The notes beneath the pieces are model-generated. The model had not been told where the DNA came from, ran no database searches, and saw nothing but the letters and a program-made list of their open reading frames with translations. Of a DNA stretch of 53,651 nucleotides, positions 1-13,493 are shown piece after piece. Source of the DNA: Prorocentrum cordatum (Eukaryota); the NCBI GenBank assembly GCA_963575745.1, contig CAUYUJ010000304.1, positions 62,001 through 115,651 on the forward strand, in the 5' to 3' direction. The first letter of the stretch is position 1, and every line of letters starts with the position of its first letter. Both the position numbers and the translations under genes were made by a program.

Positions 1-104
1 TCCCTCCATCCCCTCCTCCATCTCTCCATCCCTCCATCCCTCCATCCCTCCATCCCCTCCTCCATGCCTCCACCCCTCCATCCCTCCATCCCTCCCTCCC
101 AGGA

Positions 105-720
105 CCCCCGACGCCGTGACCTGTGCGCAACGTGGGCCCCGGGACGTCTCGGCGTGTCCTGTTCCCGGACCAGATGCCCCATCCTCAATCTACTCGTGGG
201 GGGCGGCCCCCAGGGCCCGGCAGGGGCCCCCACAGAGGCTGCACACGGTAGCAACAGACGTCGTGATCTGCTCACAACGAGGGCCCCCGGACGTTTCGGG
301 GCCAAAGTTTCCCGGACTGGATGTCTCATCCTCAGCACAGTTGTTGGGGGCGGCCCCGGGGCCCGGCGGCAAGGGACCCCAGAGACTGCCAAGGGACCAG
401 GTGCCTCCTCCTCCGTACAGTCTTGGGGGAGAGGGGGCGGTCCTGGGCGCCTGCAGTCGGAGGCAACAAACGTCGTGATCTGTTCACGGCGTGGACCGCT
501 GGGCGTCTCGACCAACTTGTCCGGGACTGGGTGCCTCATCCTCCGTACAATCTTGGGGGAGGGGGCGGCCCTGGGCGCCTGCAATTGGAGGCAACAGACG
601 GCGTGATCTGTTCACGGCGTGGACCGCTGAGCGTCTCGACCAACTCGTCCGGGACTGGGTGCCTCATCCTCCGTGCTTGCAATCTTTTGGGGGGGCTGCC
701 CTGGGCGCCCCGCAGGGGCT
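105..720 (+). repeat. Tandem ~125-145-bp repeat units
   Basis: Recurrent CGTGATCTG..CCGGGACTGGGTGCCTCATCCTC units; distantly similar to the family C interior. Confidence 0.75.
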
Positions 721-951
721 CCCGGGAGGCCCTCAACGGCACGCCGTACCCGTTCTTCACGGCGCGAGGGGGGGGGGCCCTGGGCTCCTCCTGCTGGAGT
801 GCGCCCGCCACCAATGCAAGAAGCCCCCCCTGTGGGTGGTTTGTGTGTGGAGGGGGGGGCCGGCGCTTCGCTGCTCGCCGCCCGGGCAGGGCGACACACA
901 GATAACTACCGCCGACACACTGCCCCATTTGAGCACGGAGTCCAGACGTGT

Positions 952-1749
952 CCTCCTCCTCCTCCTCCTCCTCCTCCTCCTCCTCCTCCTCCTCCTTCCT
1001 CCTCCTCCTCCTGCTCCTCCTCCCCCTCCTTCTCCCTCTCCTCCCCTCCTCCTCCTCCTCCTCCTCCTCCTCCTCCTCCTCCTCCTCCTCCTCCTCCTCC
1101 TCCTCCTCCTCCTCCTCCTCCTCCTCCTCCTCCTCCCCTCCTCCTCCTCCTCCTCCTCCTCCTCTCCTCCTCCCTCCTTCCTCCTCCTCCTCCTCCTCCT
1201 CCCCTCCTCCTCCTCCTCCCTCCTCCTCCTCCTCTCCTCCTCCTCCTCCTCCTCCTCCTCCTCCTCCCTCCTCCTCCTCCTCCTCCTCCTCCTCCTCCTC
1301 CCCCTCCTCCTCCTCTCCTCCTCCTCCTCCTCCTCCTCCTCCTCCTCCTCCTCCTCCTCCTCCTCCTCCTCCCCCTCCTCCCCCTCCCCCTCTTCTCGTC
1401 CTCTCCTCCTCCTCCTCCTCCTCTCCTTCTCCTCCTCCTCCCTCCTCCTCCTCCTCCTCCTCCTCCTCCTCCTCCTCCTCCTCCTCCTCCTCCTCTTCTT
1501 ATTCGTATTATTATTATTCTTCTAATTATTATTATTATTCGTATGATTACTCTTCGTATTGTTATTCCTATTCTTCTTCTTATTATTAGTGTTCTTCTTA
1601 GTATTCGTCTTTTTCTTCTTATTATGTGTATTATTCGTATTCTTCTTCTTATTATTATTATTCGTATTATCATTATTATTATTCTTCTTAGTATTCTTCT
1701 TCTTCTTTTCTTCCTCCTCCTCCTCCTCCTCCTCCCTCCTCCTCCTCCT

Positions 1750-1781
<32 letters not shown>

Positions 1782-1856
1782 TCCCCCTCCCCCTCCCTCC
1801 TCCTCCTCCTCCTCCTCCTCCTCCTCCTCCTCCTCCTCCTCCTCCTCCTCCTCCTC
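952..1856. repeat. (CCT)n-(TAT/TCT)n-(CCT)n compound microsatellite
   Basis: Direct reading. Similar CCT/GGA tracts occur at 5712-5995, 7110-7240, 8222-8600, 12908-13470, 14915-15380, 29540-29670 and 35310-35545. Confidence 0.95.
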
Positions 1857-4800
1857 ATATGAGGACGGGTGGCGAGGACGCAAGACCTTGGGAGGCCGGC
1901 CGAAGCCGGGACTCTGGGGCGGCGGGCGGCCCGCGAGCGCGGGACAGGGCGGGCCGCAGAGGCAGGGACGCGGGGGCGCCCTGGCCGAAGGCGCGCGCCC
2001 CGCCCAGGCGCGCTGCTGGGGCCCCAGGCGGCGCTGCGGCTCCCGACCACCTCTCCTCCCGCCAAGAGCCGATCCGCTCCCACGCCCTGCCCCCTTGGCC
2101 CTTCCCGGGCGCGGGCGCGGGCGCGGGCGGGCCAGACGCTCTCCGGCGCCGCGAGGCTCAGGAGGCCGTAGGCCCCGGGCACCGCGCGGGCGCAGGCCGC
2201 GTGGCGGAGGTCCAGGTCCTCCCGCTCGGGCGTGCGAAGGGGCGCCCCGTACAACCCCAAGCCCCCGACGTCATGACTTTTTCGTGACGTCGACCCCCAG
2301 GGGTCACCCCCCCCAGAGATCCGACGTCGCGCTTTTTTCAATGTACGGGGTCCCTGGAAGTCTCGACCCATCCCCCAAGACCGATTTTCCGTCCTGAGCC
2401 GTTTTTCGACGGTCCCCGGGCCCGGCGAGGGCCCCCAGAGGCCGAAAACTGCGAAAAAACTCCGCTGTGATTTGTTCTATGCCTTGCATCTCTGGGCCTA
2501 CAGTGGCCCAAGGAGCAGGCCTCAGCCCACGTCATAGAGGTCCCTCGCAGCTGGCTGCGCGGGACACGGCAAACTTCCAGGGGCACGGTCGCCTGTGGCA
2601 GCGCGGGACCCTTGCGAGGGCTTCGCCTTCGACCAGCACCCAGCCAGACCCAAGTGTCGGCTGCAGGGGTACAGTGGAGGCCAGTCCACAAGAAGCCTTC
2701 CACAGGAACCCCAACCCTGAGACCCCGGGATGTCCTTTGATTCTTGGTGTGGGAACGTCGCGCTCTCCATGGCAAACCCCTCGAAACCCGAGAAAACCAG
2801 GGCATCCTGGAGGCGAGCAGGGCAGGAGAGCCCAAAATCGAATCGATAAGTCGGACCGGCGACCGAAATGAATCGGATCGGCGGAAATCGGCAGACAAGT
2901 CGGGAAAAGTCAAATCGGGCGACATCGGCAGGCCAGTACGCCTCCAGTGAGGAACCGGAGCCCAGATCGGAATCCCGAGTCGACTCGGCTTGGAAGCGGA
3001 AGCCATCGAAGTCGACTCGGATCGAGCCGGAGGAATCGACACGGGCCGTGGCAGGGTGCTTCTTGGCATGGGCCTCCACCGTATGTTGGATGCTCGTTCT
3101 GGGGACCTTCCTGGAGCCACTCGCTCCACTCGTGCGTCGAAGCTGCGTCGAACGTCAGTCGATTTGGGTCGACCCTGAGTCGACCCTGAGTCGAACCTGA
3201 GTCGAACCTGAGTCGAACTTGAGTCGAACTTGAGTCGAACTTGAGTCGAACTGGGGTCGAACAGATCCGTTAGGTGGGCTCCAGGAAGGTCCCCGAAACG
3301 AGCATCGAACGTATGCCTTTCCACCGCAGGCCCTCCGCCAGCGGCGCGGCTCTCTCTCGAGAAATGCAGGGCCGTGGCCTGCGTCCACCGCCACGCGCGC
3401 CGTCCACGCCGCCGGCGCGTGGCTCGCAGGGGGAGGAGCGAGGCATGGGAACGAGGAGCAGGAGGAGGAGGAGGAGGAGGAACGAGGCATGGGAATAGGA
3501 GGAGGGAGGAGGAGGGAGGAGGAGGGAGGAGGAGGAGGAGGAGGAGGCGAATGGGGCCAGGACCCTGCGCGAAAGTCTACTGCGGTCGGGTGTGCCCGAG
3601 ACGGGGGGGCGGAGACCCTGGGATCCTCGAGTCGTGAAAATGTACGGCGTAAGTTTTTGATAGGCCCACCAGCCCTCTGGGCGCAGGTGGTCTAGAGCGT
3701 TTCCTTTTCCGGGTCCTCCTGGGGAGGTTGAACCTTCTCTCCCCCTTCCTGAGTCTAGACGGGGGGGTTGCGAGGGGGGGTTAGAGCGCCCAAGAGGGCC
3801 CAAGATGGCCCCAAGCGGGCCCAAGATAGCCCAAGATGAGCTCCAAGAGGCTGAGGATAGCCGAACATGGCTCAAGATAGCCTCCGACATACCTCCAGGA
3901 AGCTCCAAGACGCCCCCAAGGCGGTTAGAGGTGCTATCGGAGCCCTCCAAGGACCCTCCCAAGAGGCCAAAGCCATTCCAAAACCTAAGGTTTGTCAGTG
4001 TGTTTTGCCTCCTCGCCGTGCGGCCTCAAAATGACCCAAGATGGCCCAAGAGAGTCCCAATATGGCCCCACGAGGCTCCCGAGAGGGCCCCAAGAGCGCC
4101 CAAGAGACGCCCGAGAGCGACCGAATGGGGGTCTCAAGACGCGATTTGTCAGCCTCCCAGGGGGGGAAAGGGGGGCTGATTTCAGTCTTCGCCTGTTTGT
4201 GAACCATGGCCTCAAAGATCCCCTCAAGAGGGCCCGAAGACCCCCCCCAGGAGCCCCAAGAGGCCCCCAAGACGGGGTTCAAAAACGCTGCCAGAATGGC
4301 TCCAAGATGGCTCCAAGAGGCTTCCACGAGGCTCGCGGAGCGAAAGCTCCGCGAAGGCTTCACGGGCCCGCTCAGGCTGACCCTGGGCTTCAGTTCGACG
4401 GCTCCCCCGGCTCTTTGTCCCACTGCACGCTGCCCCACTTCCCTGATCAAGGAAAATCGTCTGGACATCGTTGCTGGCTGGAAGGGATACGCGATGATTA
4501 GCCGTACAAGCACCCCCAAACATTTGGGCGGCGACCTCAGTTAGGAGGCCAATGGCATTAGGGATAGGGTTTCTTTTTCTGCAGATGTCGCAAAACCGAA
4601 CAGGATGTCGGACTCCCTCCGATGATAAGCAATAAACGTACCCCTAATGAGCCCGTTGGAAGGGGACATGAGTTAAGAGGGCGAAAGACATTAGGGATTA
4701 GGGGGCTTGCTCTGCAGATGGAGCAAAACCCAAACACCCAGACGTATTGCCCTTGATGCAAAGGCGGGGACTTCAGTGAGGCCACGTCTTCACTATGCTA

Positions 4801-5092
4801 GTAGTTAGAGCTAGGGGTTCTTGCATCCTCGACGACGCGAAACGTCAAGAGCTCTTGTTAGTAGTCGCGGTGGGTGGACAAAAAGTGCCCACACCCATCG
4901 CACCAAGATGATACGACATCGAACTGCGTCGAACCAATATCCATAGCCCCCCCCCCCAACTCAAAGCTGCCAGGGTTGGGTGCGAGGCAACGCGCGGGGG
5001 ACAACACATGGACACTTCAACTTTGGGCTTGGGGGTGAGGGGGAGCGAGCCACGTGTATAGATTGCAACTGTCGTTGCCATCATGCCTGATA

Positions 5093-5284
5093 CCAAGACC
5101 CCCGACGTCATGATTGTTTCATGACGTCGGCCCCCAAGGGCATCGACCCATTCCCCAGGACCTGTTTTTCATCCTGAGTCGGTTTGTTCACGATCCCGCG
5201 GCCTGGTGAGGGCCCCCAGAGGCCCGAGACGTAGAAAAACCTCCCGTCATGATTATTGTTGTTCATTACTCGAGGGGGTCTGGG
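5093..5284. mobile_element. MITE family C (CCCAGACCCCC..GGGGGTCTGGG termini, TA target)
   Basis: TA/TA flanks. Related copies are at ~2255-2470 (degenerate), 12510-12722 and 27743-27939. Confidence 0.65.
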
Positions 5285-5449
5285 TAGCTCAGGTTGTTGC
5301 TTTTGTTGCCTGCCATCGGGGGGACATGTGGCTGCATGTGGCTGCATCGGGGGACAGTTGTCCAGCTGGGTACCCCGAAGAGTCAGGGATGCTTTTGTTG
5401 CCTGCCATCGGGGGGAGTCCCGCTGTGGCGATGGGCCAACAAAAAGAGT

Positions 5450-6645
5450 GAGTCAGGAGGGGAAGAAATATACACAGACACAATCAATCGTCGATTCCCT
5501 AGAAAATATGAGGGAATATGGGAAGTGGGGGGGAAGACGAACATCCAAAAACTATATGGAAAAATGTGGGAAACCTGCTAGTTGTGTCTATTTGTTTGGG
5601 TGTCCCAGGGTCCCTTCAGTGAGGAACGCCCATCGGCTTCTGCCCTCGAGCTCTCTCGGCGAGGTGCCGCGGCCGGCAAGCATTAAGTCGGGCCTGTCCT
5701 TCTACAGGCCTCGTCCTCCTCCTCCTCCTCCTCCTCCTCCTCCTCCTCCTCCTCCTCATTCTCCTCCTCCTCCTCCTCCTCCTCCTCCTCCTCCTCCTCC
5801 TCCTCCTCCTCCTCCTGCTCCTCCTCCTCCTTTTTCCTCCTCCTCCTCCTCCTCCTACCTCTCCTCCTCCCCTTCCTCCCCCTCCCCCCCCCCCTCCCTC
5901 CTCCTCCTCCTCCTCCTCCTCCTCCTCCTCCTCCTCCTCTTCCTCATCCTTCTCCTCCTCCTCCTCCTCCTCGTCCTTCTCCTCCTCCCTCCTCCTGGAC
6001 GACGACGAAGACGAGGGAGGCAGCCAGAAACCCGCCCCAACCCCGGGGCGTCCTGCAGGCGGTGCAGCAGCGACAAGGCGGGCCAGCCGCTGAAGAAAAA
6101 GCGCCTGCTCGAGCGGAGGTGGAAGGCAACGTCGACGACTAACGACGACGGCGACGACCACAACAAGGACGACGAGGAAGACAAGCACTCCCCAGACAGT
6201 GCTTGCACTCAGGGGTGCTCACGTCTCTTTCAATGCTCGGCGACGAGCCCACGGGGGGAAGTGAGAAGGGGCGGGCCTTCTCAGAAGGCTCGGAAGTCCC
6301 CCGGCCTTCTGAGAAGTTTCCTGAGCCTTCCCCGAGGACACAGAAAGCTCCTCAGAAGGCGCGAGAGCTTCTGAGAAGTCCCGCCGCCTTCTGAGAAGGC
6401 CTTCTCCTTCTCGCTGCCCCCCCTCGCTCGCCGCCGAAACGTAATCGGGTGGGTCCGCCGAAGTTTCTGAAGGGGCCCCGGGACACACAAACAGATAGAC
6501 ACAAAGAACAGGATCCCCCTATACTCTCCCAGATGTTCCGGGCTCTTGCCTTCCGCCCCCCCCCCCCACTCCCCAGAATTCCCACATCTCCCTGGGGGTC
6601 GGCGATCCATCGTGTCTGTATGTGCGTCTCTTCCCCTCCCGAGTC
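5450..6645. mobile_element. Degenerate foldback element with ~170-bp imperfect inverted arms
   Basis: 5582-5619 (TTGTGTCTATTTGTTTGGGTGTCCC..) is the inverted match of 6467-6503, and weaker similarity extends outward. No TSD seen. Confidence 0.5.
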
Positions 6646-7413
6646 TCGCCACGCGCCCGGCGCCCACTGCGCGCTCGTGGGCGCCCCCCGCGCCCGGGGC
6701 TCTTATCGATCGGTCTCAGCATCGATCTCATTTCCCATCTCTCTGTCGATCTCACCATCGATCTCACAATCGATCTCGCAATCGATCTCGCAAGCGATCT
6801 CACTAGAGATCGCACGAGCGATCTCGCGATCGATCTCCCTATCGATCTCATTGAATCGACTTCACTCTCGGTCTCACGATCGACCTTACAATCGTCAACT
6901 ATCGATTACACTATCGATCTCAGTATCGATCTCACAATCGAGGCGCGCCGAGGCGCGCCGCGGCGCCTTTTCACCCGCCCGCGCCACGGTGCTGGCGCCT
7001 CCGTGGGCGCCCCGTGCCCCGCGAGTGGGCAGCGCAGCTCACGCTGCACGGCTCACGCCGCAGAGACGGACAGGCCCGTCTTCTACCACCACCGCCACCA
7101 CAAGTGGGAGGGGGGAGGAGGGAGGAGGAGGAGGAGGAGGAGGAGGAGGAGGGGGAGGAGGAGGAGGGAAGGAGGAGGAGGAGGAGGAGGACGAGGAGGA
7201 GGAGGAGGACGAGGAGGAGGACGAGGAGGAGGAGGAGGACCCCCTCCCCCTCCAGCATGTGGTGGTGGTGGAAAGCAAGCCCATCATAGACTACACCGCA
7301 CGACCGTCGGACACAGGCGAGAAGAACACCCCCTCGGGAACACGAGGCCCTCCGCCGGCCAAAACGCACGGAACATCCGAGGGCACCCTGGCCCAAGATG
7401 CACGAGAGCCTCC

Positions 7414-7477
<64 letters not shown>

Positions 7478-7483
7478 CACACA

Positions 7484-7516
<33 letters not shown>

Positions 7517-8604
7517 GAAGAAGAATAACTTTAGGGCACCCTCCCTGGACCTCGACCTTATACCTCAGACCGACTGCACTTACACAGCATAGCTCACACA
7601 GGAGGGCACGATGCACGGGAGAGATAAGCGGGAGGGGAGCGCCACAAGGCGCGGGGGCACGTTGCGCGAGCCTCCTCTGTGGTAACGTAATAGGTGGAGC
7701 TTCCTCTGGGGCAGGATCCGTGCAAGCGGTGTGCCGAAATGAGCGGGGGTCGCCATGCGAACTGTGTCTCTGGGGCCGTAGGTGGAGCGCACTGTGGGGC
7801 ACAACCTGTATGAGGGGCGTGCAACAAAAAAAACACCGCCGACAAGTCCAGCGTCGCCACCCCGGCCAAAACCTCACATCGCGCACCCCGCAAATGACCA
7901 GCCCGCCACGACAGCAGGGTGGCGTGGCAGAAGAACATGTTAGGGTCTCAAAACTTCTCTGCGACCGCCGTGCTCGTTTCCACTGGACCCCCAAACAACC
8001 ACAACCACCACCACCACCTGGCGGCGAGCCCTGGGGCAAGGGCTTTCAGTGAGCGAATGCGCCTCGGGGCAGGTTCCATGCATGTCGACGCATGTAAATG
8101 AAAATAGAAAAGGGTGCCCGACCGCATGCGCTAGGAAAACCTGGAGTCACCTGGAGGCCGACCTGCAATGAGCGAGCCAACACGCGAGACCTTGGCCAGC
8201 GCAGATAAACAGAGACGGGCGCAGGAGGAAGAGGAGGAGGCGGAGGAGGAGGAGGAGCAGGAGGAGGAGGAGGAGCAGGAGAAGGAGGAGGAGGAGGAGC
8301 AGGAGCAGGAGGAGGGGGAGGGGGGAGGAGGAGGAGGAGGAGGAGGAGGAGGAGGAGGAGGAGGAGGAAGACTGTCCTGCACATGCGGCCCCAGACGCGG
8401 AACCCAGACCCCGTGCCCGAGCGCCGTGGATCGCATGAGCAGGCTCGCGCGCACCAGGGGACCCAGGGGGAGAGAGGGAGAGGAGAGGGAGGAGGAGGAG
8501 GAGGAGGAGGAGGAGGAGGAGGAGGAGGAGGAGGAGGAGGAGGAGGAGGAGGAGGAGGAGGAGGGGAAGAGGGAGGAGGAGGAGGGAGGACGGAGGAGGG
8601 GGAA

Positions 8605-10776
8605 ATCCCGCCGACCCCTTGGGGTTCATCGGCGTGTGAGACGTTCCCCCTCCCCAAACCCCTCCCCCGGGAGCCCGGTCCGGTCGATTTGGAGGGGGGG
8701 GGGGGTCGGGCCTGACCCCCCGGATGGGAACGGAGGTGGGGGGGGGGTCGGGCCGGATCCCCCGGATGGGAACGGAGGGGTCATCCGCTCCCGAAAATCG
8801 TGCAAAACCTAGTGAAAATGGCTTTGGGGCGCCCAACGAGCGCTCCAAGCCGCCCAAGGTGGCCCAAAGAAGGGCCACGAGGCGTCCTCGACGGCAGAAG
8901 AGGCCCCCACGAGCCCCCCCGAGGGCCTCCGAGATGCGCCCCACGAGGGTCTCTAGATGCAAAAATTTGCCCATTCCCTTCGTGAAACGTACATTTTTCA
9001 CAAATTCGGCTTTGGGCCTTTCCGATGCTACCCGACGGCCCAAGAGGCCCCCAAACCCGCTCCCAGACGGCCCCAGGAGCCTCGCAGAGGGTGCCCCACA
9101 TACCCCTAGAGGGCCCCAAGACGGGCCAACAGGCGCAAGAGGGCTCCGAAAACGGCTCCAAGAGCGCTCCAGGAGCGTTCCGAGTGGCCTCCACAAAGCT
9201 CCACACGGTCCCAGACGGTCCAGGAGCGATCACAAACATCGACGACGGCCTCCCAACGGCCCAACAGGCCCCCATGACGGCCCAAGAGGCATCCAAGATT
9301 CGCCCCGAGAGGCCCTCTAGACGCAAAAAATCGCCCGTTCCCTTCGTAAAACGTATTTTTTACACGTGCGCCTTTCGGGGTGCCCCCCGCTCCTGGACGG
9401 CCCCAGAGCGCCCCAAACCTTTTGGTGCGTTCCCCGCTCCTGGGCGGCCCCAGGGCCCCCCAAGACCGCACCAAGACGGTCCAAGAAGCCTCCACGAGGG
9501 CCCCGCGACAGCCCAAGAGGGCGCCAAGACGGGTCAAGAGGGGCCGAGGACGGCCCAAGAGAGCCCCGAAGACGGCGCGCGCGCGCGCGACTCGCGGTCA
9601 GATTCCTCGCAACTTGCGTTGCTCCCCGCCGTGCTCGTCACTTGCTTCCGCAGGGCGTTTCGGCGGGTCTCTTCGAGGCGCCCGTCCCGCCTTATAGCAC
9701 TTGGCGCAAACCACCAGATTGCCCCGGTGGAAATAATTCTTCTTCTGGTCTTTCGAAACTTCGCCATCTGCCTTTGCCCGTGGCACGCTCGGCACACCAC
9801 CGAGCGATGGGCCGAACCCTTCTTGAAGAAGGCGTTCACTTGCTTATCTGTCAGATGCGTCCTGTCCGTGAATTCTCGCTCTTTCCCATCTGCTTCTTTC
9901 GGGCACGCGGAGCACGTGAGCACTCGCGACTGATTGCGTTCTTCCTGGCACGCGCGGCACATGACTGGGCGATGGTCCGAACCCTTCGCGAGAAAGTGCT
10001 CCACTTGCTTATCTGTCAGATGCGTCCTGTCCGTGAACTCCCGGCCTCTTCCATCTGCTTCTGTCGGGCACGCGGAACACCTGAACACCCGCGAGCGTTT
10101 GTGATGCGCGTCGCAGTCGCGACATGTCACTGGCCTATGGCCTGCGCCCGTCTGATAATAGTGCTTGGTTTGGTCTGCTGTCAGATGCCTCGCATCCGTG
10201 ATTTCCCGCCCTCGGGCCCTGGCCGAAGGCCCCACCGGATCCACCTGACCCCGAAATCCCCCAGATCGCCTCCAGGTCGCGCCAAGAGGGTCCACCAGGC
10301 GACGGGACGACCCGCGAGAGCTCCAGGACGGCTCCCGAGAGGTTCATGGCGCGCCAAAACAGCCTCTAAGGACGCCGAGACGGTTCCGCTTAAGGTCAGG
10401 AAGGGCCAAGATAGCTTCACAATGGCCTGAAACGATTGAAGGTCACCCCACGGCCGCCCCTGACGGTTCCAAAAGACACCGCAAAGCAGTTCTGAGGTCA
10501 CCAAGGGCATACCACAGTCCTCGGCAACAGATGGCGACGGCCAAGACGGCCGAAAAGAACGCCCAGAGCGCCCCATGACAGCCCAAGAGAGGCCGATGAC
10601 AGCCCAAGAGAGCCCCAAGACAGCCCAATACTGCCACAGGACGGCCTAAGGTGCCCCAAGACAACCCAAGAATGCCCCCAGAATGGCCCAGGGGCCTCAG
10701 ACCACCCAAAGAGGCGACCAGACCACTGCGCGATTCTTCATAAGGGGTCGGCGGATGTGGCGCAAGCCTGAAGAAT
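8605..10776 (+). mobile_element. Putative non-autonomous Helentron/Helitron2-like element
   Basis: The 5' CCGCCGACCCCTT (8608-8620) is perfectly inverted subterminally at 10742-10754. It is followed by the mini-hairpin GGC-GCAA-GCC and TGAAGAAT. The body consists of CCAAG-rich repeats. Confidence 0.45.
9598..10215 (-). pseudogene. Fragment with tandem 55-aa C4 zinc-finger repeats (CxxC..HLTDKQ..CxxC), frameshifted
   Basis: 165-bp nucleotide period (9841 vs 10006). The repeat continues in another frame (SKDQKKNYFHRGNLVVCAKC). No convincing start; embedded in repeats. Confidence 0.6.
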
Positions 10777-11657
10777 AACAAACGCCAGGCTCCCGCTGCC
10801 CCACGCGAAGGGGCGAGGCCCTGCCTCGGGCCAGTCTTCCCTCCCCCTCTCGTTTGCTGCCACGATCATGTCATATCTGATTGCCGCCACTGTCCATCGT
10901 CCTCCCTTTTCGGCAGCCTTTCCTAAAACGTCTCCGCTGTGCGCCTCATGACTTGGCAAAGAAAGAACGAAAAGAAAAAAACAAACGCGTTGCGTGGGCA
11001 TCCCCGATGGCTCGGCCAACCGTTGACATAAGCACGGAACAGACGCCACGGAGAAGGAGGTAGAGGGAGGACAGCAGTGCGGGCAAGATGCATACCATCG
11101 ATTCCACTATTCGATTCCACTATCGACCTTACAGTCGTCAACTATCGATCCCATTATCGATCTCACAATGGACCTCAAGATCCATATGACTAATTTTCAA
11201 ATCATCCACTGATTGGGGTTTTCCCAGGTGTTATTGAATATTCTTCCTGTAGAGGGACACGCCCGCCTTAAGGGGGGCCCCATCGGGGCACACCTCAGGG
11301 AGAAGCATACAGGGGCACTGGACGTGCCGCTGCACAACGTACACTCGGCCCGTATCAGAAGGATGCGCGGTCTAAGGATGCAAGGGCCTCGGACACCCAG
11401 TTCGAAGCTTTCTTCGAGCGGGGCGCGGCCAACGAAAGCGGCCAAGGATGGCCCGAGGAGGCAAGGATGCAAGGGTACCCTTGGCAAGGTTGCCCATCCT
11501 TAATCTGGGAAGGTTGCCCACCCTTGCTTTTGACATCCGCTGCGAGCTGTTACATACACACGATATCATGCCATGCACAGTACGCCACCCTTTTTGTTGC
11601 GCATCGTGCCCCCCTCAGGCCCCGACCTCTGACGCCGTGCCTTGCTCCCGCGGAGTA

Positions 11658-11851
11658 TCGGGAGCGGCCAAGAGGGGGGTGTCCAAGAGGGGGGGGTGCA
11701 AATCATGACCGGCGGCATGTGCGCGGCCCAGCGGGGGAGCCAGGGACGTAATGAAACAAGACGAGGCACCAGGAAATCTGGGGAGATATCATGGCCCCCG
11801 CCATGATATCCACCCCCCCCTAGTCATCACCCCCCTCTTTGCCGCCCCCGA
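11658..11851. mobile_element. MITE family A (TCGGG.. TIRs, 5-bp TSD GAGTA)
   Basis: ~24-bp imperfect TIRs, with GAGTA on both sides (11653-11657 and 11852-11856). A second copy is at 40687-40883. Confidence 0.85.
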
Positions 11852-12509
11852 GAGTAGGACGGCGGAGAGGAGGCCGGGAGGCCCTCCGGGAGAACCAGCA
11901 CCACGCACAGACCGAGCCAGGTGCGCTCCCAGTGTCAAGTCGGGCCTGTCCTCCTATACATTGGATTTTCGACGAAAAATGAAAAATACCTCCAAAATGA
12001 TCAAAAAATAATCCGAAAATAGTCTGGGAACTATTTTTTGAGTATTTGTTAACCTGTTGGGGGCATTTTTGGGGTATTTTTTGTTTTACGTCGAAAATCC
12101 CCCTGTAGGGGGATTTTCGACGAGCCCGGCATAATCCCAGTGGACCCCATCGGCCCTCGACCCCGAGCCCAGGCCTCCCGCGCCTCTCGCCAGGGACAGC
12201 GCGATGCCCGCTGCCCCGGCGCCGAGGGGCGCAGAGCCCAGACCCCCTTCGATGCCGCGCCCTTTGCACGGCGCGGCCCCCAAGAGATCTCGACCCACTC
12301 ACCGGGCCCAGCTGCTCATCCCGAGTCGCTGTGTTGACGGTCCCGGGGCCTCCCAGGGGCGGGAAAAACGTTCCGCCCCCCCCCCCCCCCCAATCGTGCC
12401 TTTGTTCACGACGCGGGGAGGTCTGGGAAGCCCCCGTCGTGACCTTGCTCGCGACCCCGCCCTCCTGTCGTGCGCCGCGGGGCCGCCTTCTGGGGCCTTC
12501 GAGCCCGTA

Positions 12510-12722
12510 GCCAGACCCCCGACGCCATGATTTGCTCCTAACGTCGACCCCCGAGGCCTCGACCCGCTCCCCCAGGACCAAGTCTTCATCCCGAGCCGTT
12601 TTTTGACGCCCCCGTGGCCCGGGAAAGGCCGCCGAAGATCGAAAATGGAAGAAAGGAAAAACAAAAAAAAAAAAAAAAAAAAACTCCCGTCATGATTCGA
12701 TCATTGCTCGAGGGGGTCTGGG
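12510..12722. mobile_element. MITE family C copy
   Basis: Similar to 5093-5284; flanks TA/TG. A partial related copy precedes it at ~12237-12430. Confidence 0.65.
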
Positions 12723-13493
12723 TGGCGCTGCCTCCTCCGCCGCGTCCTCCTCCCGCCGTCGTCGCCCCCCATCCTACGCGTCGTCGGCGGCACCGCGGAC
12801 AGCACGAGGGCCCGGGCCCCTTTTCTGCCGCGGCGCCCCCCCTGCGCGCTCGGAGGCCGGCCGAGCCGGGGCGGAGCGCGGGGCTGCGGCCGCGCCGCGG
12901 CTGCAGGGGGGAGGAGGGGGAGGAGGAGGAGGAGGAGGAGGAGGAGGAGGAGGAGGAGGAGGAGGAGGAGGAGGAGAAGGAGGGGGAGGAGGAGGCGGAG
13001 GAGGAGGGAGGAGGAGGAGGAGAGGAGGAGAAGGAGAGGAGGAGGAGGAGGAGGAGGAGGAGGGGGAGGAGGACGATAAAGATAAGAAAAGAAGAGGAGG
13101 AGGAGGACGAGAAAGAGGAGGAGACAGTCAGAGGAGGGTGAGGAATGGGGGGCAGGAAAAGCAGCAGGAGAAGGGGAAGGGGGGAGGGGGCCAGGAAGAG
13201 GGGGAAATGATGAGGGGAAGGGAGGAGGAGGAGGAGGAGGAGGAGGAGGAGGAGGAGGAGGAGGAGGATAAAGATGAGAAAGAAGGAGGAGGAGGAGGAT
13301 AAAGATGAGAAAGAAGGAGGAGGAGGAGAAAAAGGAGGAGACAGTGAGAAGAGGGTGAGGAAGGGGGGCAGGAAAAGCAGTAGGAGAAGGGGAAGGGGGA
13401 GGGGGCCAGGAAGAGGGGGACATGAGGAGGGGAAGGGAGGAGGAGGAGGCGGAGGAGGAGGAGGAAGAGGCGGAGATGGAGCGAGGAGGCACC

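Noticed and set aside
491..2397. Long ORFs (up to 574 aa) rich in poly-P/L/S/I
   Set aside because: These are translations of (CCT)n and (TAT)n microsatellites. The same applies to similar ORFs at 5256-8812, 12586-15487, 22944-24458, 46036-47727 and 49333-50686.
4333..4354. Hairpin TCGCGGAGC-GAAA-GCTCCGCGA as a terminator or Helitron 3' end
   Set aside because: There is no U-tract and no CTRR end at the expected distance, so it cannot be assigned.
5683..11270. Apparent TTAA-flanked 5.6-kb piggyBac/Kolobok-like element
   Set aside because: The same terminus occurs many times with variable flanks, this pairing would cross the foldback at 5450-6645, and there is no transposase inside.
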